Assembly (NCBI GenBank): GCA_002753335.1
Contig: PEAD01000016.1
Location: 1 to 64,000 of the forward strand
Length of the DNA stretch: 64,000 nt
Source of the DNA: Nitrospirae bacterium MYbin3
GTDB taxonomy: Bacteria > Nitrospirota > Thermodesulfovibrionia > Thermodesulfovibrionales > Dissulfurispiraceae
Direction of reading: 5' to 3'
The notes under the pieces are model-generated. The model ran no database searches. It saw only the letters and a program-made list of their open reading frames with translations, and was not told the DNA's origin. Both the position numbers and the translations under genes were made by a program. Every line of letters starts with the position of its first letter. The stretch's first letter is position 1. Shown here piece after piece: positions 49,605-59,304 of the stretch.

Positions 49605-52268
49605 CTACTTCGCCCCGCAGCATTTTTTGTATTTCTTGCCGCTGCCGCAGGGGCAAGGGTCGTTTCTGCCGACCTTGTTATCGCTGTGGGCAGGCTGCTT
49701 AAGGCCTTCCGATCCCCTATTGAAAACAAGCCTGTGCTCCCGCTCACGCATCTCACTTTCGGTCTCGCTCTTTATCTGGACCCTGAAAAGCCTCATGAGC
49801 GCTTCGGAATTTATTCTCTGGGACATGTCAGAGAAGAGATTGAAAGCCTCTTTCTTATATTCAACCAGAGGGTCGCGCTGTGCGTAGCCTCTCAAGCCTA
49901 TGCCTTCCTTGATATGATCTATGCCCAAAAGATGGTCTTTCCACTGCGTATCTATAATCTGTAAGAGCAGCACCCGCTCCATGTACCGCATCGCATCCGA
50001 GCCGACCTCTGCCTCTTTTCTTTCATAGGTTTCTTTGGCCTTTGCAGCTACTAAATCGTAAAGCTCTTCGGCGCTGCCGGTATCAGGAATATCCATGCTG
50101 ATGCCGAATGCTCCATAAATAGCATCGCTTAATCCCTTTAAATTCCATTCATCGTAGCCGGCGTCTTCGCTGCAGAATACAGAAACAAGAGCGTCAGCCT
50201 CATCCTCTATCATCTCGAATATTTTGTCCCTAAGATTTTCGCCTGTCAGCACATCCCTGCGAAACTTATAAATCTCGCTCCGCTGTTTGTTCATAACGTC
50301 ATCGTATTCGAGCAGATGTTTTCTTATATCGAAGTTGTGCGCCTCCACCTTTTTCTGCGCGTTCTCTATAGCCTTTGTGACCATTTTGTTTTCGATAGGC
50401 ACCCACTCGTCCATCTTGAGCAGATTCATCAAGCTGTCTATCCTGTCCGAGCCGAATATCCGCATCAGGTCATCAGTTAGAGAAAGATAAAACCGCGATG
50501 AACCAGGATCTCCCTGCCTGCCTGACCTTCCCCGCAGCTGGTTGTCTATCCTTCGGGATTCGTGCCGCTCTGTGCCGATAATCCTCAAGCCTCCGGCTTC
50601 AAGCACCTGTTCACGCTCTTTTGCGCAGATCTCTTTGGCCTTGTCATATGCTGCCTTATATTCTTCTTCGGTAAACTTGGGCTTATCGAGCAAAAGCTCG
50701 CGGGCTATTCCGTCAGGGTTTCCGCCAAGAACTATGTCGGTTCCTCTTCCTGCCATATTTGTGGCAATCGTCACCGCGCCGAACCTTCCGGCCTGAGCAA
50801 CTATCTCGGCCTCCTTCTCATGGAACTTGGCGTTGAGCACAGCATGCCTGACACCCTTTTTCTTGAGCATCTGTGCAAGCAGTTCGGACTTTTCTATCGA
50901 GATTGTTCCTACAAGAGCGGGTTGGCCTCTCTTGTGGCACTCCTCTATCTCCTGAATAACCGCATTGTATTTTGCCTTCTCATTTTTATACACAATGTCC
51001 GCTGCGTCGTCCCTTATCATCGGCCTGTTGGTAGGGATTACGACAACCTCTAGATTGTATATCTGCGCAAACTCATGCGCCTCGGTATCGGCGGTTCCTG
51101 TCATGCCCGCAAGTTTGTTGTACATCCTGAAATAGTTCTGGAAGGTTATCGTTGCAAGCGTCTGGTTTTCGCTCGCTATCTTCACATTTTCTTTAGCTTC
51201 TATAGCCTGATGAAGCCCGTCGCTCCAGCGCCTTCCGGACATAAGCCTGCCTGTAAACTCGTCAACTATTATGACCTCGCCGTCCTTTACAACATAGTCA
51301 ACATCCCTCTTGAACATATGGTGGGCTCGCAGGCCTTGCAGCACATGATGAACCCATTCAAAATTAGCAGGTTCATACAGGTTGCCCACTCCGAGCAGAT
51401 TTTCTATCTTCGAGTTTCCCCTGTCGTTTATAACGATATTTTTGAGCTTTTCGTCGGTTTTAAAATCTTCGTCCTCTTTTAGATAAGGTAGTATTTTATT
51501 GACGCGATAATATTTATCGGTTGACTCTTCCGATGGCCCCGAAATTATCAGCGGGGTCCTCGCCTCATCAATCAGGATGCTGTCAACCTCGTCAACTATC
51601 GCGTAGTTCAGCTCCCTCTGCGCATAGTCCGAGAGGTCATATTTCATATTGTCCCTGAGATAATCGAAGCCGAACTCGTTGTTGGTTCCGTAGGTCACAT
51701 CAGCGCCGTAGGCCTCCTTTTTCTCGCAGGGGCGCAGGTGGTTGTATCTTTTGTCATTTGAAAGATATGTGGTGTCGTACAAAAACGAATAATCATGCTG
51801 TATCACCCCTACCGACAGGCCTAGAAAATGGTAGAGAATTCCCATCCATTGCGCATCTCTTTTTGCGAGATAGTCGTTTACGGTGACAACATGAACTCCT
51901 CTGCCGTCAAGAGAGTTGAGATATACAGGAAGAGTTGCCACAAGGGTCTTGCCCTCGCCCGTCTTCATTTCTGCGATCCTGCCGTCATGCAGGGCAATGC
52001 CGCCGATAAGCTGCACATCGAAATGCCTCATGTTCAGGCAGCGCTTTGATGCCTCGCGCACAACCGCAAACGCCTCGTTCATCAGGTCGTCAAGGGTCTC
52101 TCCATCAGCGATGCGGCTTTTAAACTCGGCAGTTTTATTTCTGAGCTGGTCATCGCTCAAAGAAGATACTGAAGGCTCAAGAATATTGATGGCATCAATC
52201 CTCGAAAGAAGCTTCTTCAGCTCACGTTCGTTCTTAGTCCCGAACAACTTATTTAGTATGTTAAGCAT
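49605..52268 (-). CDS. secA: Preprotein translocase ATPase SecA
   Basis: [32 protein letters not shown]-terminal [17 protein letters not shown]. Confidence 0.99.
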   Translation of the reverse strand: MLNILNKLFGTKNERELKKLLSRIDAINILEPSVSSLSDDQLRNKTAEFKSRIADGETLDDLMNEAFAVVREASKRCLNMRHFDVQLIGGIALHDGRIAEMKTGEGKTLVATLPVYLNSLDGRGVHVVTVNDYLAKRDAQWMGILYHFLGLSVGVIQHDYSFLYDTTYLSNDKRYNHLRPCEKKEAYGADVTYGTNNEFGFDYLRDNMKYDLSDYAQRELNYAIVDEVDSILIDEARTPLIISGPSEESTDKYYRVNKILPYLKEDEDFKTDEKLKNIVINDRGNSKIENLLGVGNLYEPANFEWVHHVLQGLRAHHMFKRDVDYVVKDGEVIIVDEFTGRLMSGRRWSDGLHQAIEAKENVKIASENQTLATITFQNYFRMYNKLAGMTGTADTEAHEFAQIYNLEVVVIPTNRPMIRDDAADIVYKNEKAKYNAVIQEIEECHKRGQPALVGTISIEKSELLAQMLKKKGVRHAVLNAKFHEKEAEIVAQAGRFGAVTIATNMAGRGTDIVLGGNPDGIARELLLDKPKFTEEEYKAAYDKAKEICAKEREQVLEAGGLRIIGTERHESRRIDNQLRGRSGRQGDPGSSRFYLSLTDDLMRIFGSDRIDSLMNLLKMDEWVPIENKMVTKAIENAQKKVEAHNFDIRKHLLEYDDVMNKQRSEIYKFRRDVLTGENLRDKIFEMIEDEADALVSVFCSEDAGYDEWNLKGLSDAIYGAFGISMDIPDTGSAEELYDLVAAKAKETYERKEAEVGSDAMRYMERVLLLQIIDTQWKDHLLGIDHIKEGIGLRGYAQRDPLVEYKKEAFNLFSDMSQRINSEALMRLFRVQIKSETESEMREREHRLVFNRGSEGLKQPAHSDNKVGRNDPCPCGSGKKYKKCCGAK

Positions 52269-52329
52269 AACTAATTATGTTAGCCGAGCGTTCTGTTTTT
52301 ATGCAAGAAATCTGCGCGTCGATCCAGGG

Positions 52330-53439
52330 CTAATGCTCTATGCGGTTAGTGGTATTGTGCCTTTTGTCCGATTCAAAAAGGCCTTTGATTTTTTGGAGAA
52401 TAAGCCTTAAAAATCTGCTCTTTGCAAAAAAACAGTGATAGGTAAATGTAAAATCAGCTCCGAGATACGCCTTTACCTCAGGGTCTGTCCAACCCGCAAT
52501 ATATGTCTTAAACCCTCTTTTAATGCAATACTCAAGATTGTTAAACCAGCTGACAAAATAAAGATTAAGCTCCATAGAGTCGGGATATACAAAACCCACA
52601 TACTTATCCACCAACGCATTTCGATAAACAAAGCAGAGATTAAAGCCGATGATTTTATCTTTGCATTTATAAACAAATACTATACCGCCGTTTGAATCCC
52701 TGAACACCGTTGCAAAAAAGTCTCTGCTCAATTTATCAAAATGGATATAGCTCTGCTCATAAACATTACTATAGAGCGAATACAGAAGATCTATAGTATC
52801 GTCACTAAAAAAAGCGTCTCCTGTTTTAATATCTTCAACAGACAGTTCGGAGCGCGAACGCAGTTTTCTTTTAAAATCTTTTCTGCGCGAACGAGAAAAT
52901 CTTTGCAGATAATCCTCGATCGAGGAGAAGTTAATAGGAACATAGCTCAGCGCCTGTCCTGATAATCTGGTAAAACCTGAGTCTTCAAGATGCTTGATGA
53001 TATTTAAAGAATGACTGTTTTCATTTACTGACAGAAGCGGAGATTCAAACGGGATGTCTTTAACTATTAAAAAAGGTAGCTGCATCTTAGAAAACTGTGC
53101 GAGCAGCTCATCCGCAAATTTCTTTGGAGAAGCTTCATAAGGCAACGGAGAGTACTCGGTTACGGTTGTTCCTATAAAAAGAACTTTCGGCCTGAACAGC
53201 TTGAGTATGAACCGCGGGAAAAAACGGACACATCTAATGTAGGCCTTCTTAGCCCATCCGTCCACTGTGGTAAAGATATCGAACTCAGTGACAAAACCAT
53301 AAGCGGTCTTATTACCGCAGGCGATTTTAAAAGGCTCAAACCCATCAGGAGGAAAAGCTAAAAAAGCTTCGGCAAGCTCCTCAGGCTCAAGAAGGTTAGA
53401 GGCTGCCTGATTTTTTTCATCGTTATCCTGCATGCTCAT
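52330..53439 (-). CDS. GNAT/FemAB-like acyltransferase
   Basis: FSSIEDYLQRFSRSRRKDFKRK, LYFVSWFNNLEYC, AGWTDPEVKAYLGA; start moved to ATG at 53439. Confidence 0.8.
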   Translation of the reverse strand: MSMQDNDEKNQAASNLLEPEELAEAFLAFPPDGFEPFKIACGNKTAYGFVTEFDIFTTVDGWAKKAYIRCVRFFPRFILKLFRPKVLFIGTTVTEYSPLPYEASPKKFADELLAQFSKMQLPFLIVKDIPFESPLLSVNENSHSLNIIKHLEDSGFTRLSGQALSYVPINFSSIEDYLQRFSRSRRKDFKRKLRSRSELSVEDIKTGDAFFSDDTIDLLYSLYSNVYEQSYIHFDKLSRDFFATVFRDSNGGIVFVYKCKDKIIGFNLCFVYRNALVDKYVGFVYPDSMELNLYFVSWFNNLEYCIKRGFKTYIAGWTDPEVKAYLGADFTFTYHCFFAKSRFLRLILQKIKGLFESDKRHNTTNRIEH

Positions 53440-54214
53440 TGAAAAACCTGATCGTCTGCGCAGCAACTTCGTCTTTTTGAAAATCAAGAGTCAGCATGTG
53501 GTATGAGTTATCAAGAAAAATTTTCCGCACATCGGAAGAGCCTATATTTTTTTCAACATAATCCGCATTCTTCGTGCTCGCAATATCATCTTCAAGTGCG
53601 TGCAGCAAAAGCGTCGGAGTTTTTACTTCAGGCATTATTTTCTTTACCGCACTGATATGCTTGAATAGTTCATGCATCGCCTTTGACGGGAATTTAGAAT
53701 AAGCAATGAGATTGTCATGCAAAGCAGATGCAATGTGCTTTCTCATCCTTTCATCTTTTATGCCGTATGGCTCGCGCTCTTCGTAAGAATAAAAATATTT
53801 CAAAGGAGGATAGTATGAGACCGGCAGCAAGAACTTGTACCAAGGCAGGCTCCAGCCGTCATAAGAGAGAGTTGTCGAAAGCATCGCTATTGCGGACATA
53901 TCATCCTTGACCTCATAAGCAAGGTAAAGCGAAAAAAGCGCTCCCATGCACAACCCTCCCGAGAAAACATTCCTGTGGTTCTTCTTCATTTCATCAAACT
54001 CTTCACGCACAGTGCCGTACCAGTCCTGCCAACGCGTTTTCGATAGATCGTCTATAGTTGTTCCATGTCCAGCAAGACATGGCCCCTTGACAGTATAGCC
54101 TGCTCGGTTGAGATGGCGGGCAAGATTTTTCAGTTCAAATGGACTTCCGGTCAAACCATGGATAAGCAATACTGCATCGTCTCCGCCCTTAAGGTCGATT
54201 ATGTGATTTTTCAA
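53423..54214 (-). CDS. Alpha/beta hydrolase (carboxylesterase-like) with a G-L-C-M-G elbow
   Basis: LIHGLTGS, LAGHG, GLCMG, EDD, SYHM. Confidence 0.85.
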   Translation of the reverse strand: MKNHIIDLKGGDDAVLLIHGLTGSPFELKNLARHLNRAGYTVKGPCLAGHGTTIDDLSKTRWQDWYGTVREEFDEMKKNHRNVFSGGLCMGALFSLYLAYEVKDDMSAIAMLSTTLSYDGWSLPWYKFLLPVSYYPPLKYFYSYEEREPYGIKDERMRKHIASALHDNLIAYSKFPSKAMHELFKHISAVKKIMPEVKTPTLLLHALEDDIASTKNADYVEKNIGSSDVRKIFLDNSYHMLTLDFQKDEVAAQTIRFFNEHAG

Positions 54215-55440
54215 ACAGCCCTCGCTACAAGAACCGCATTGGTTCCTCCAAAAGCGAATGAATTAGCCATTATCGTCCGAACATTAATGCCTGCTCTGCC
54301 TTCATTAGGAACATAATCGAGATCGCATTCAGGGTCGGACTGCCGCAGGTTAGCGGTTGGAGGCACTGCCTTATTTTTTATCGCAAGCAGAGCAATCGCA
54401 AACTCAACAGCGCCTGCTGCGCCAAGCAGATGGCCTATCATCGATTTGGAAGAGCTTATTGGAACCTTATAGGCATAAGCACCGAAAGCTTTTTTTATAG
54501 CCTGAGTCTCGGCTATATCATTGGCAATAGTCGCGGTGCCGTGCGCGTTGATGTAATCAATTCCATCAGCATTTATGGACGCTTCGCGCAATGCCTGATT
54601 TATAGCCCTTGCCTGTCCGTCAGGGGATGGGCTTGTTATATGATGAGCATCGGCTGTTGAACCGTATCCGGCCAGCTCAGCATAAATAGTTGCTCCTCTT
54701 TTTTTTGCGCGCTCCATTTCTTCAAGCACAACAACTCCAGAGCCCTCGCCAAGTGTCATGCCTGTCCTGTCTTTTGAAAACGGCCTGCAGGATGCCGCCG
54801 GGTTCTCTGTATCCTCTTTTGCAAGCACGCCAAGCGATTCCCAAGCCTTGCATGAGCCGTATGTAATCACGCTTTCAGCGCCTCCGGCAAGCATCACATC
54901 CGTAAACCCATACTGTATCTGCCTGTATGCCTCGCCTATTGCCAATGCAGAAGATGAGCAGGCATTTGAATAAGTGACACATGGGCCTGCAAATCCGAAT
55001 TTTGTCGATATATGAGAAGCAGAGGAATTGCACATGATTTTTGTTACAAAAAGAGGGCTGACCCTCGAAGCCTCTTTTTTGTAAAGATTAAAATACAGGT
55101 CGTTGATTGCATGGCCGCCGCCAAGACCTGTTCCGAAATAGACTCCGGCCAGTTCTTTTTCGAATTCCAACAACTCTATGCCGGAATCTTTCCATGCGTA
55201 CGAAGCCGCAATCAAAGAAAGCTGTGTAGTACGATCATAAATATTAAGCTGTTTTTTCGAAAAATGCTGGAGAGGATCAAAAGAAACTTCGGCCGCAATT
55301 TTTACAGAAAGGCTATCAACAAAATCGGCAGAAATCCTTTTGATTCCGGCCCTGCCTGCCATCAACGATTCAAAGAATGGCTTAGGTTCCTGTCCGAGCG
55401 CGGTTATAAAACCGAGTCCTGTTACAGCTACCCTTCTCAA
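54211..55440 (-). CDS. fabF: Beta-ketoacyl-ACP synthase II-like
   Basis: NACSS Cys, NAHGT, GHLLGAAGA, NSFAFGGTN; probably a pathway-specific paralog. Confidence 0.9.
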   Translation of the reverse strand: MRRVAVTGLGFITALGQEPKPFFESLMAGRAGIKRISADFVDSLSVKIAAEVSFDPLQHFSKKQLNIYDRTTQLSLIAASYAWKDSGIELLEFEKELAGVYFGTGLGGGHAINDLYFNLYKKEASRVSPLFVTKIMCNSSASHISTKFGFAGPCVTYSNACSSSALAIGEAYRQIQYGFTDVMLAGGAESVITYGSCKAWESLGVLAKEDTENPAASCRPFSKDRTGMTLGEGSGVVVLEEMERAKKRGATIYAELAGYGSTADAHHITSPSPDGQARAINQALREASINADGIDYINAHGTATIANDIAETQAIKKAFGAYAYKVPISSSKSMIGHLLGAAGAVEFAIALLAIKNKAVPPTANLRQSDPECDLDYVPNEGRAGINVRTIMANSFAFGGTNAVLVARAV

Positions 55441-55447
55441 CCCCGAA

Positions 55448-55693
55448 TTACGCCTTCCCCTGCTGTTCTGCTACAAGGCGGTTTATGGTCTCAACAAGGT
55501 CTTGAACCGTATCAATCTTGACATCTCGCTCAGGCACTTTTATCTTAAACTCATCCTCTATAGCAAAAATAAATTCTATCCTGTCGAGTGAGTCCAAGCC
55601 TAGGCTTTCGAGTGTTGCATCAAGGGTAATAGAGCCTTCTTTAAAATCGAGCTTGTCCGCAAAAAGCTGTTTTACCTTTTCGAATGTACCCAT
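55448..55693 (-). CDS. Acyl carrier protein
   Basis: LGLDSLD phosphopantetheine Ser, IEDEF; start moved to ATG at 55693. Confidence 0.92.
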   Translation of the reverse strand: MGTFEKVKQLFADKLDFKEGSITLDATLESLGLDSLDRIEFIFAIEDEFKIKVPERDVKIDTVQDLVETINRLVAEQQGKA

Positions 55694-55697
55694 GCCC

Positions 55698-56060
55698 CTA
55701 TCCTGCCTGAACAATAAGCCCGATGCCGGCGGCGGTGATGCCTATGCCCCACCATTCAGCGCGGCTAACCTCCTCTTTGAGCACAAGCACAGAAAAAAAT
55801 ATGATGAACACCTTCTGCATGCCTGTAAGAGGAAAAGCTATCGAAAGAGGAATTATTGAAAGTATAAAAAGCCATATTATATTGTCTATAAGGTAAGTCA
55901 ACAATCCCACTATAACCCAGCGGTTTTTGAGCAGCTGAATATAATAGGCTATACCATCCGACTCGCAGTGTGCTGACGCACCTTTTTTTAAGCAAAGATG
56001 CGTGACGCCTTCCATTGAAGCGCCTATCACAAAAAGCGGCGCAAGCTTTAACAAGGTCAT
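55698..56060 (-). CDS. SMR/EamA-like small 4-TM transporter (ArnE/F-like)
   Basis: 120 aa hydrophobic protein, PLSIAFPL, LKEEVS. Confidence 0.85.
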   Translation of the reverse strand: MTLLKLAPLFVIGASMEGVTHLCLKKGASAHCESDGIAYYIQLLKNRWVIVGLLTYLIDNIIWLFILSIIPLSIAFPLTGMQKVFIIFFSVLVLKEEVSRAEWWGIGITAAGIGLIVQAG

Positions 56061-56061
56061 A

Positions 56062-57429
56062 TTATGCTCCGCACCTTTTCACCAAAGACTCGAACAGTTC
56101 GGCAAACAGGTCTATCTCTTCATATGTTATGGTCAAGGCGGGGGCAAGTGTAAAAACATTCTTGTAGTATCCGCCCACATCAAGTACAAGCCCGTATTTC
56201 TTGCCTCTCACATCGATATGGCCCTTCATGCCCTCTTGGAATATCGCGTCGGTCAGTCCTCTGTCAGGGGTATAACCGTCAGCCTTTGTCATCTCGATCC
56301 TTAAAGCAAGACCGATACCGTCAACATCGCCTATGACCGAATATTTTTTCTTAAGCTCTTTTAAACGGCCGAGCATGTATGCGCCTTTCTCGGCCACCAT
56401 CTTTTCAAAATCATTTTTCTTCACATACTCCATCACAGCAAGTCCCGCCGCTGTTCCGAGCGGATTGCTCGAAAATGTGGAGTGCGTGCAGCCTGCCGGA
56501 AATACCGAAGGGCTGATCAGTTCTTCCCTCGCCCAGAGTCCGGACAATGGGTTCAGCCCGTTTGTGAGCGATTTTGCAAAGGTTACCACATCAGGCTTAA
56601 ATCCGAAATGCTCAGCAGCCCAAAGCTTGCCGGTCCTATAAAAGCCCATCTGTATCTCGTCATCAACAAGAAGAATATCGTATTTCTTTAAAATAGCTGA
56701 CATCTTTGCAAAATATTCGGGGGGCGGCACAATATATCCGCCTGTTGCCTGCAGGGGCTCCATATAAAAAGCGGAGTACTCGACTTCGTTGTCCTTCTTA
56801 TCTATAACACCGTAATACTCGGTTTCGAAAAGTTTTTCGAATTGGCGTATGCATTCATACCCGCATTCGGTCCTCTTTAACCCGTAGAAGCAGCGGTAGC
56901 AGTATGGGAAGGGGATAAAGTTTGCCCTGTTGCTGAAATGGCCGTATCTCTTTCTGTATCTAAAACTGCTAGTTATCTCGGTGGCAGCAAGGGTGCGGCC
57001 GTGATAACCGCCCATGAATGCCAATGAAAGAGACTTGCCATGTTTAAAATTGCGCACAAGCTTCATGCTGTCCTCAACCGCTTGAGAGCCGCCGACATTG
57101 AAATGAACCCTGCCTTTTTCGCCGAATCTTTTTTCGGTCTCTTTTGCTATCGAAGCCGCAAGAAGGATTTTCTCTTTGTGAAGATACTGCGACGCAACCT
57201 GCGGCAGAGTCTTCATCTGAAGATCATGAACCGCCTCTATTTCCCTGTTTCTGTATCCGAAATTTACGGCCGAATACCACATCTGAACATCAAGGTAAGG
57301 CGTGTCATTCATGTCATAAAGCCAAGAACCATCACACCTTGAAAATATATTGGGATGCTCAAGATAATGCACCGTGTCGCCGTAAGAGCAATACTTAGAT
57401 TCAAGTTCGAGCAGTTCTTTTTCGGTCAT
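56062..57429 (-). CDS. Class III PLP aminotransferase (possibly RtxA-like DHAP aminotransferase)
   Basis: GGYHGRT, DDEIQMG, FAKSL PLP-Lys, HSTF; distinctive YCSYGDTVHY and QMWYSAVNFGY N-terminus. Confidence 0.88.
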   Translation of the reverse strand: MTEKELLELESKYCSYGDTVHYLEHPNIFSRCDGSWLYDMNDTPYLDVQMWYSAVNFGYRNREIEAVHDLQMKTLPQVASQYLHKEKILLAASIAKETEKRFGEKGRVHFNVGGSQAVEDSMKLVRNFKHGKSLSLAFMGGYHGRTLAATEITSSFRYRKRYGHFSNRANFIPFPYCYRCFYGLKRTECGYECIRQFEKLFETEYYGVIDKKDNEVEYSAFYMEPLQATGGYIVPPPEYFAKMSAILKKYDILLVDDEIQMGFYRTGKLWAAEHFGFKPDVVTFAKSLTNGLNPLSGLWAREELISPSVFPAGCTHSTFSSNPLGTAAGLAVMEYVKKNDFEKMVAEKGAYMLGRLKELKKKYSVIGDVDGIGLALRIEMTKADGYTPDRGLTDAIFQEGMKGHIDVRGKKYGLVLDVGGYYKNVFTLAPALTITYEEIDLFAELFESLVKRCGA

Positions 57430-58196
57430 AGTATCAATGCTCCTGAGTTAAAAGATGGCATTATTTTTTCAGTTTCTACAGATTCAAAGCTTCCTCTTTC
57501 GATAAGCACAGCCAAGCTGTTTTCGATGGTCTTGAAATCAAAGAAGGGGGTGTGGTTCAGATTCTTTGTTCTGCAATAATCTGTAAGCTTCTTTTTTGAA
57601 AACACATGCGCTGCATCTTCCGCCAAACAAAAATCACTCCTGCCGTCGCCTATATGGATCACCGGCAGACCGCCAGAATTAGCTCTGGCAACACTGCATT
57701 TGCAGACTCCGGAAGAGCATCCGGTCTTGTTGTATGGAAACGAAGTCATAAGTTCGCCGTAAATTTCTGTAATCCTGTTTGAGTAAACCGGAATGTTCGA
57801 TAGGCCGGACTTAGAAAGAATTTTTTTGATAATTAGATCAAACCCGTCGCTTATAATCGCAAAAGGCATTTCATTTTTTCTTAAAAAATTCACAAAAGCA
57901 GAAAATGTTTCGTTAACCGAAAATTCGCCAGCATACTCCAGTATCTCGGCAAGAGAAGCATCTATAAGCGCCATCTGCTTAGAGAGGCATTCCATAGAGC
58001 CTATAGCGCCAGCTTCCCAAAGCCTTTCAACAGCCTCCCATTCGGGCCGCGCAAACTTTTTTATAACCGCGTCGGTGATATCGCTGTCGGTGATAGTACC
58101 GTCAAAATCGATCGAGACAAAACAATCAAGTTTCTTGCTTGAAACTGAACGCTCCGACTCAAAAGTCATAAAAGCATAATTAGGTTTGATTGGCAT
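57426..58196 (-). CDS. MtnX-like HAD-IB phosphatase
   Basis: DFDGT, ISDG, CKC, IGDGRSD; start uncertain. Confidence 0.88.
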   Translation of the reverse strand: MPIKPNYAFMTFESERSVSSKKLDCFVSIDFDGTITDSDITDAVIKKFARPEWEAVERLWEAGAIGSMECLSKQMALIDASLAEILEYAGEFSVNETFSAFVNFLRKNEMPFAIISDGFDLIIKKILSKSGLSNIPVYSNRITEIYGELMTSFPYNKTGCSSGVCKCSVARANSGGLPVIHIGDGRSDFCLAEDAAHVFSKKKLTDYCRTKNLNHTPFFDFKTIENSLAVLIERGSFESVETEKIMPSFNSGALIL

Positions 58197-58234
58197 TTGT
58201 TTTCCCCTATCTTTATCTACTTAGCAGAATAACA

Positions 58235-58251
58235 TAGCAAAGACCATACCA
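58235..58251 (-). promoter_or_regulatory. sigma-54 promoter of the 7-gene cluster
   Basis: Minus strand TGGTATGGTCTTTGCTA (GG-N10-GC), about 40 bp upstream of the first gene. Confidence 0.75.
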
Positions 58252-58349
58252 AAATATTAATCGTTATTTTACAGCACATTATACAAAGACACAAGGCAGA
58301 CAGCGCAAAAAATGTATACCAGAAAAGTCGGAGTACAACATTTCATTTT

Positions 58350-58853
58350 CTAAATTTTTTTAAGGATAACCTCCGAAACATCCTTGCGTAAAGATTTTCT
58401 ATTGCCAGAAGCAGGCCTCCCAACTGCAAGCACAGCCATAAGCTCCATAGAAATCGGCAAATTGAGCTTTTCTCTCACCCCGTCCCGGTTATTCAATATT
58501 TCGCCAAGCCAGACAGCCCCAAAACCAAGCCCATGGACAGCAAGAAGCATATTTTGAATACAAGCGCCAATAGATTGATGGTCTTTCACATCGTTGTACA
58601 TAGCCTCCCTATCCACAAATACAACTATGCATGCGGCAGCACCGTCTATTATTTTTTTATACTTGGTAAATTTTGCAAGCTCTGCAATCATATTTTTATC
58701 TTGAACAATTACAAACCGCCATGGTTGATTGTTCAAACCTGACGGCGCCCATGTGCCGGCTTTAATGATCTCGATCAAGTCTTCAAGGGTGACAGGTTCC
58801 GGTGTAAACTGCCTTACACTTCTGCGGTTGTAAATTGCCTCAAAAATATCCAT
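58350..58853 (-). CDS. Nitroreductase-family protein
   Basis: RRSVRQF, APSGLNNQPWRF, QNMLLA..LG.G.VW. Confidence 0.93.
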   Translation of the reverse strand: MDIFEAIYNRRSVRQFTPEPVTLEDLIEIIKAGTWAPSGLNNQPWRFVIVQDKNMIAELAKFTKYKKIIDGAAACIVVFVDREAMYNDVKDHQSIGACIQNMLLAVHGLGFGAVWLGEILNNRDGVREKLNLPISMELMAVLAVGRPASGNRKSLRKDVSEVILKKI

Positions 58854-58972
58854 AAACTTACAGACCTCCCAATCAGATAGATTTACATATATTCTGCACC
58901 ATTAGCACAAATTTAGCACAGGAGATTTGCTCATAAGCAATGATTGATTTAGGTATGATTAGATGACACTTC

Positions 58973-59001
58973 ACTGATGGTTTTTGGGGCAAACCATCAG
59001 T
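58973..59001. terminator. Hairpin downstream of the tRNA (terminator or processing stem)
   Basis: actgatggttt/aaaccatcagt 11-bp stem; no clear U-tract. Confidence 0.5.
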
Positions 59002-59031
59002 ATCAACCTATTGAAATACAATGAGAAAAAA

Positions 59032-59106
59032 TGGTAGGCACGAGGGGTATCGAACCCCTGACCTCTTCCGTGTCAGGGAAGCGCTCTCCCACTGAGCTAC
59101 GCGCCT
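59032..59106 (-). tRNA. tRNA-Val(GAC)
   Basis: Cloverleaf AGGCGCGTAGCTCAGTGGGAGAGCG-CTTCC-CTGACAC-GGAAG-AGGTC-AGGGGTTCGATACCCCT-CGTGCCTA-CCA, with encoded CCA. Confidence 0.97.
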
Positions 59107-59227
59107 TTATAGGCCTTACCATAAACGAAGAGACAATTTTGTAATGTACCATTTTCTTTGCTGTCTGAGCAAGGCTCATTTCATGTAAAAATTATCAGTT
59201 ATATCCATCATGAAGCAATTCGGGCAA

Positions 59228-59274
59228 TTGACATCACAATTCGGTTTAAATTAAAGTAAGTAAGCACTTACATT
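59228..59274 (+). promoter_or_regulatory. sigma-70 promoter overlapped by a second copy of the TetR operator
   Basis: TTGACA (59228)-N18-TAAAGT; GTAAGTAAGCACTTACATT at 59256-59274. Confidence 0.7.
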
Positions 59275-59304
59275 CCATTCGGATTGATTAACCTAAAGGC
59301 GCAT

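Noticed and set aside
57426..58196. Calling the HAD phosphatase mtnX (methionine salvage)
   Set aside because: No other mtn genes nearby; the context is a lipid/aminotransferase cluster
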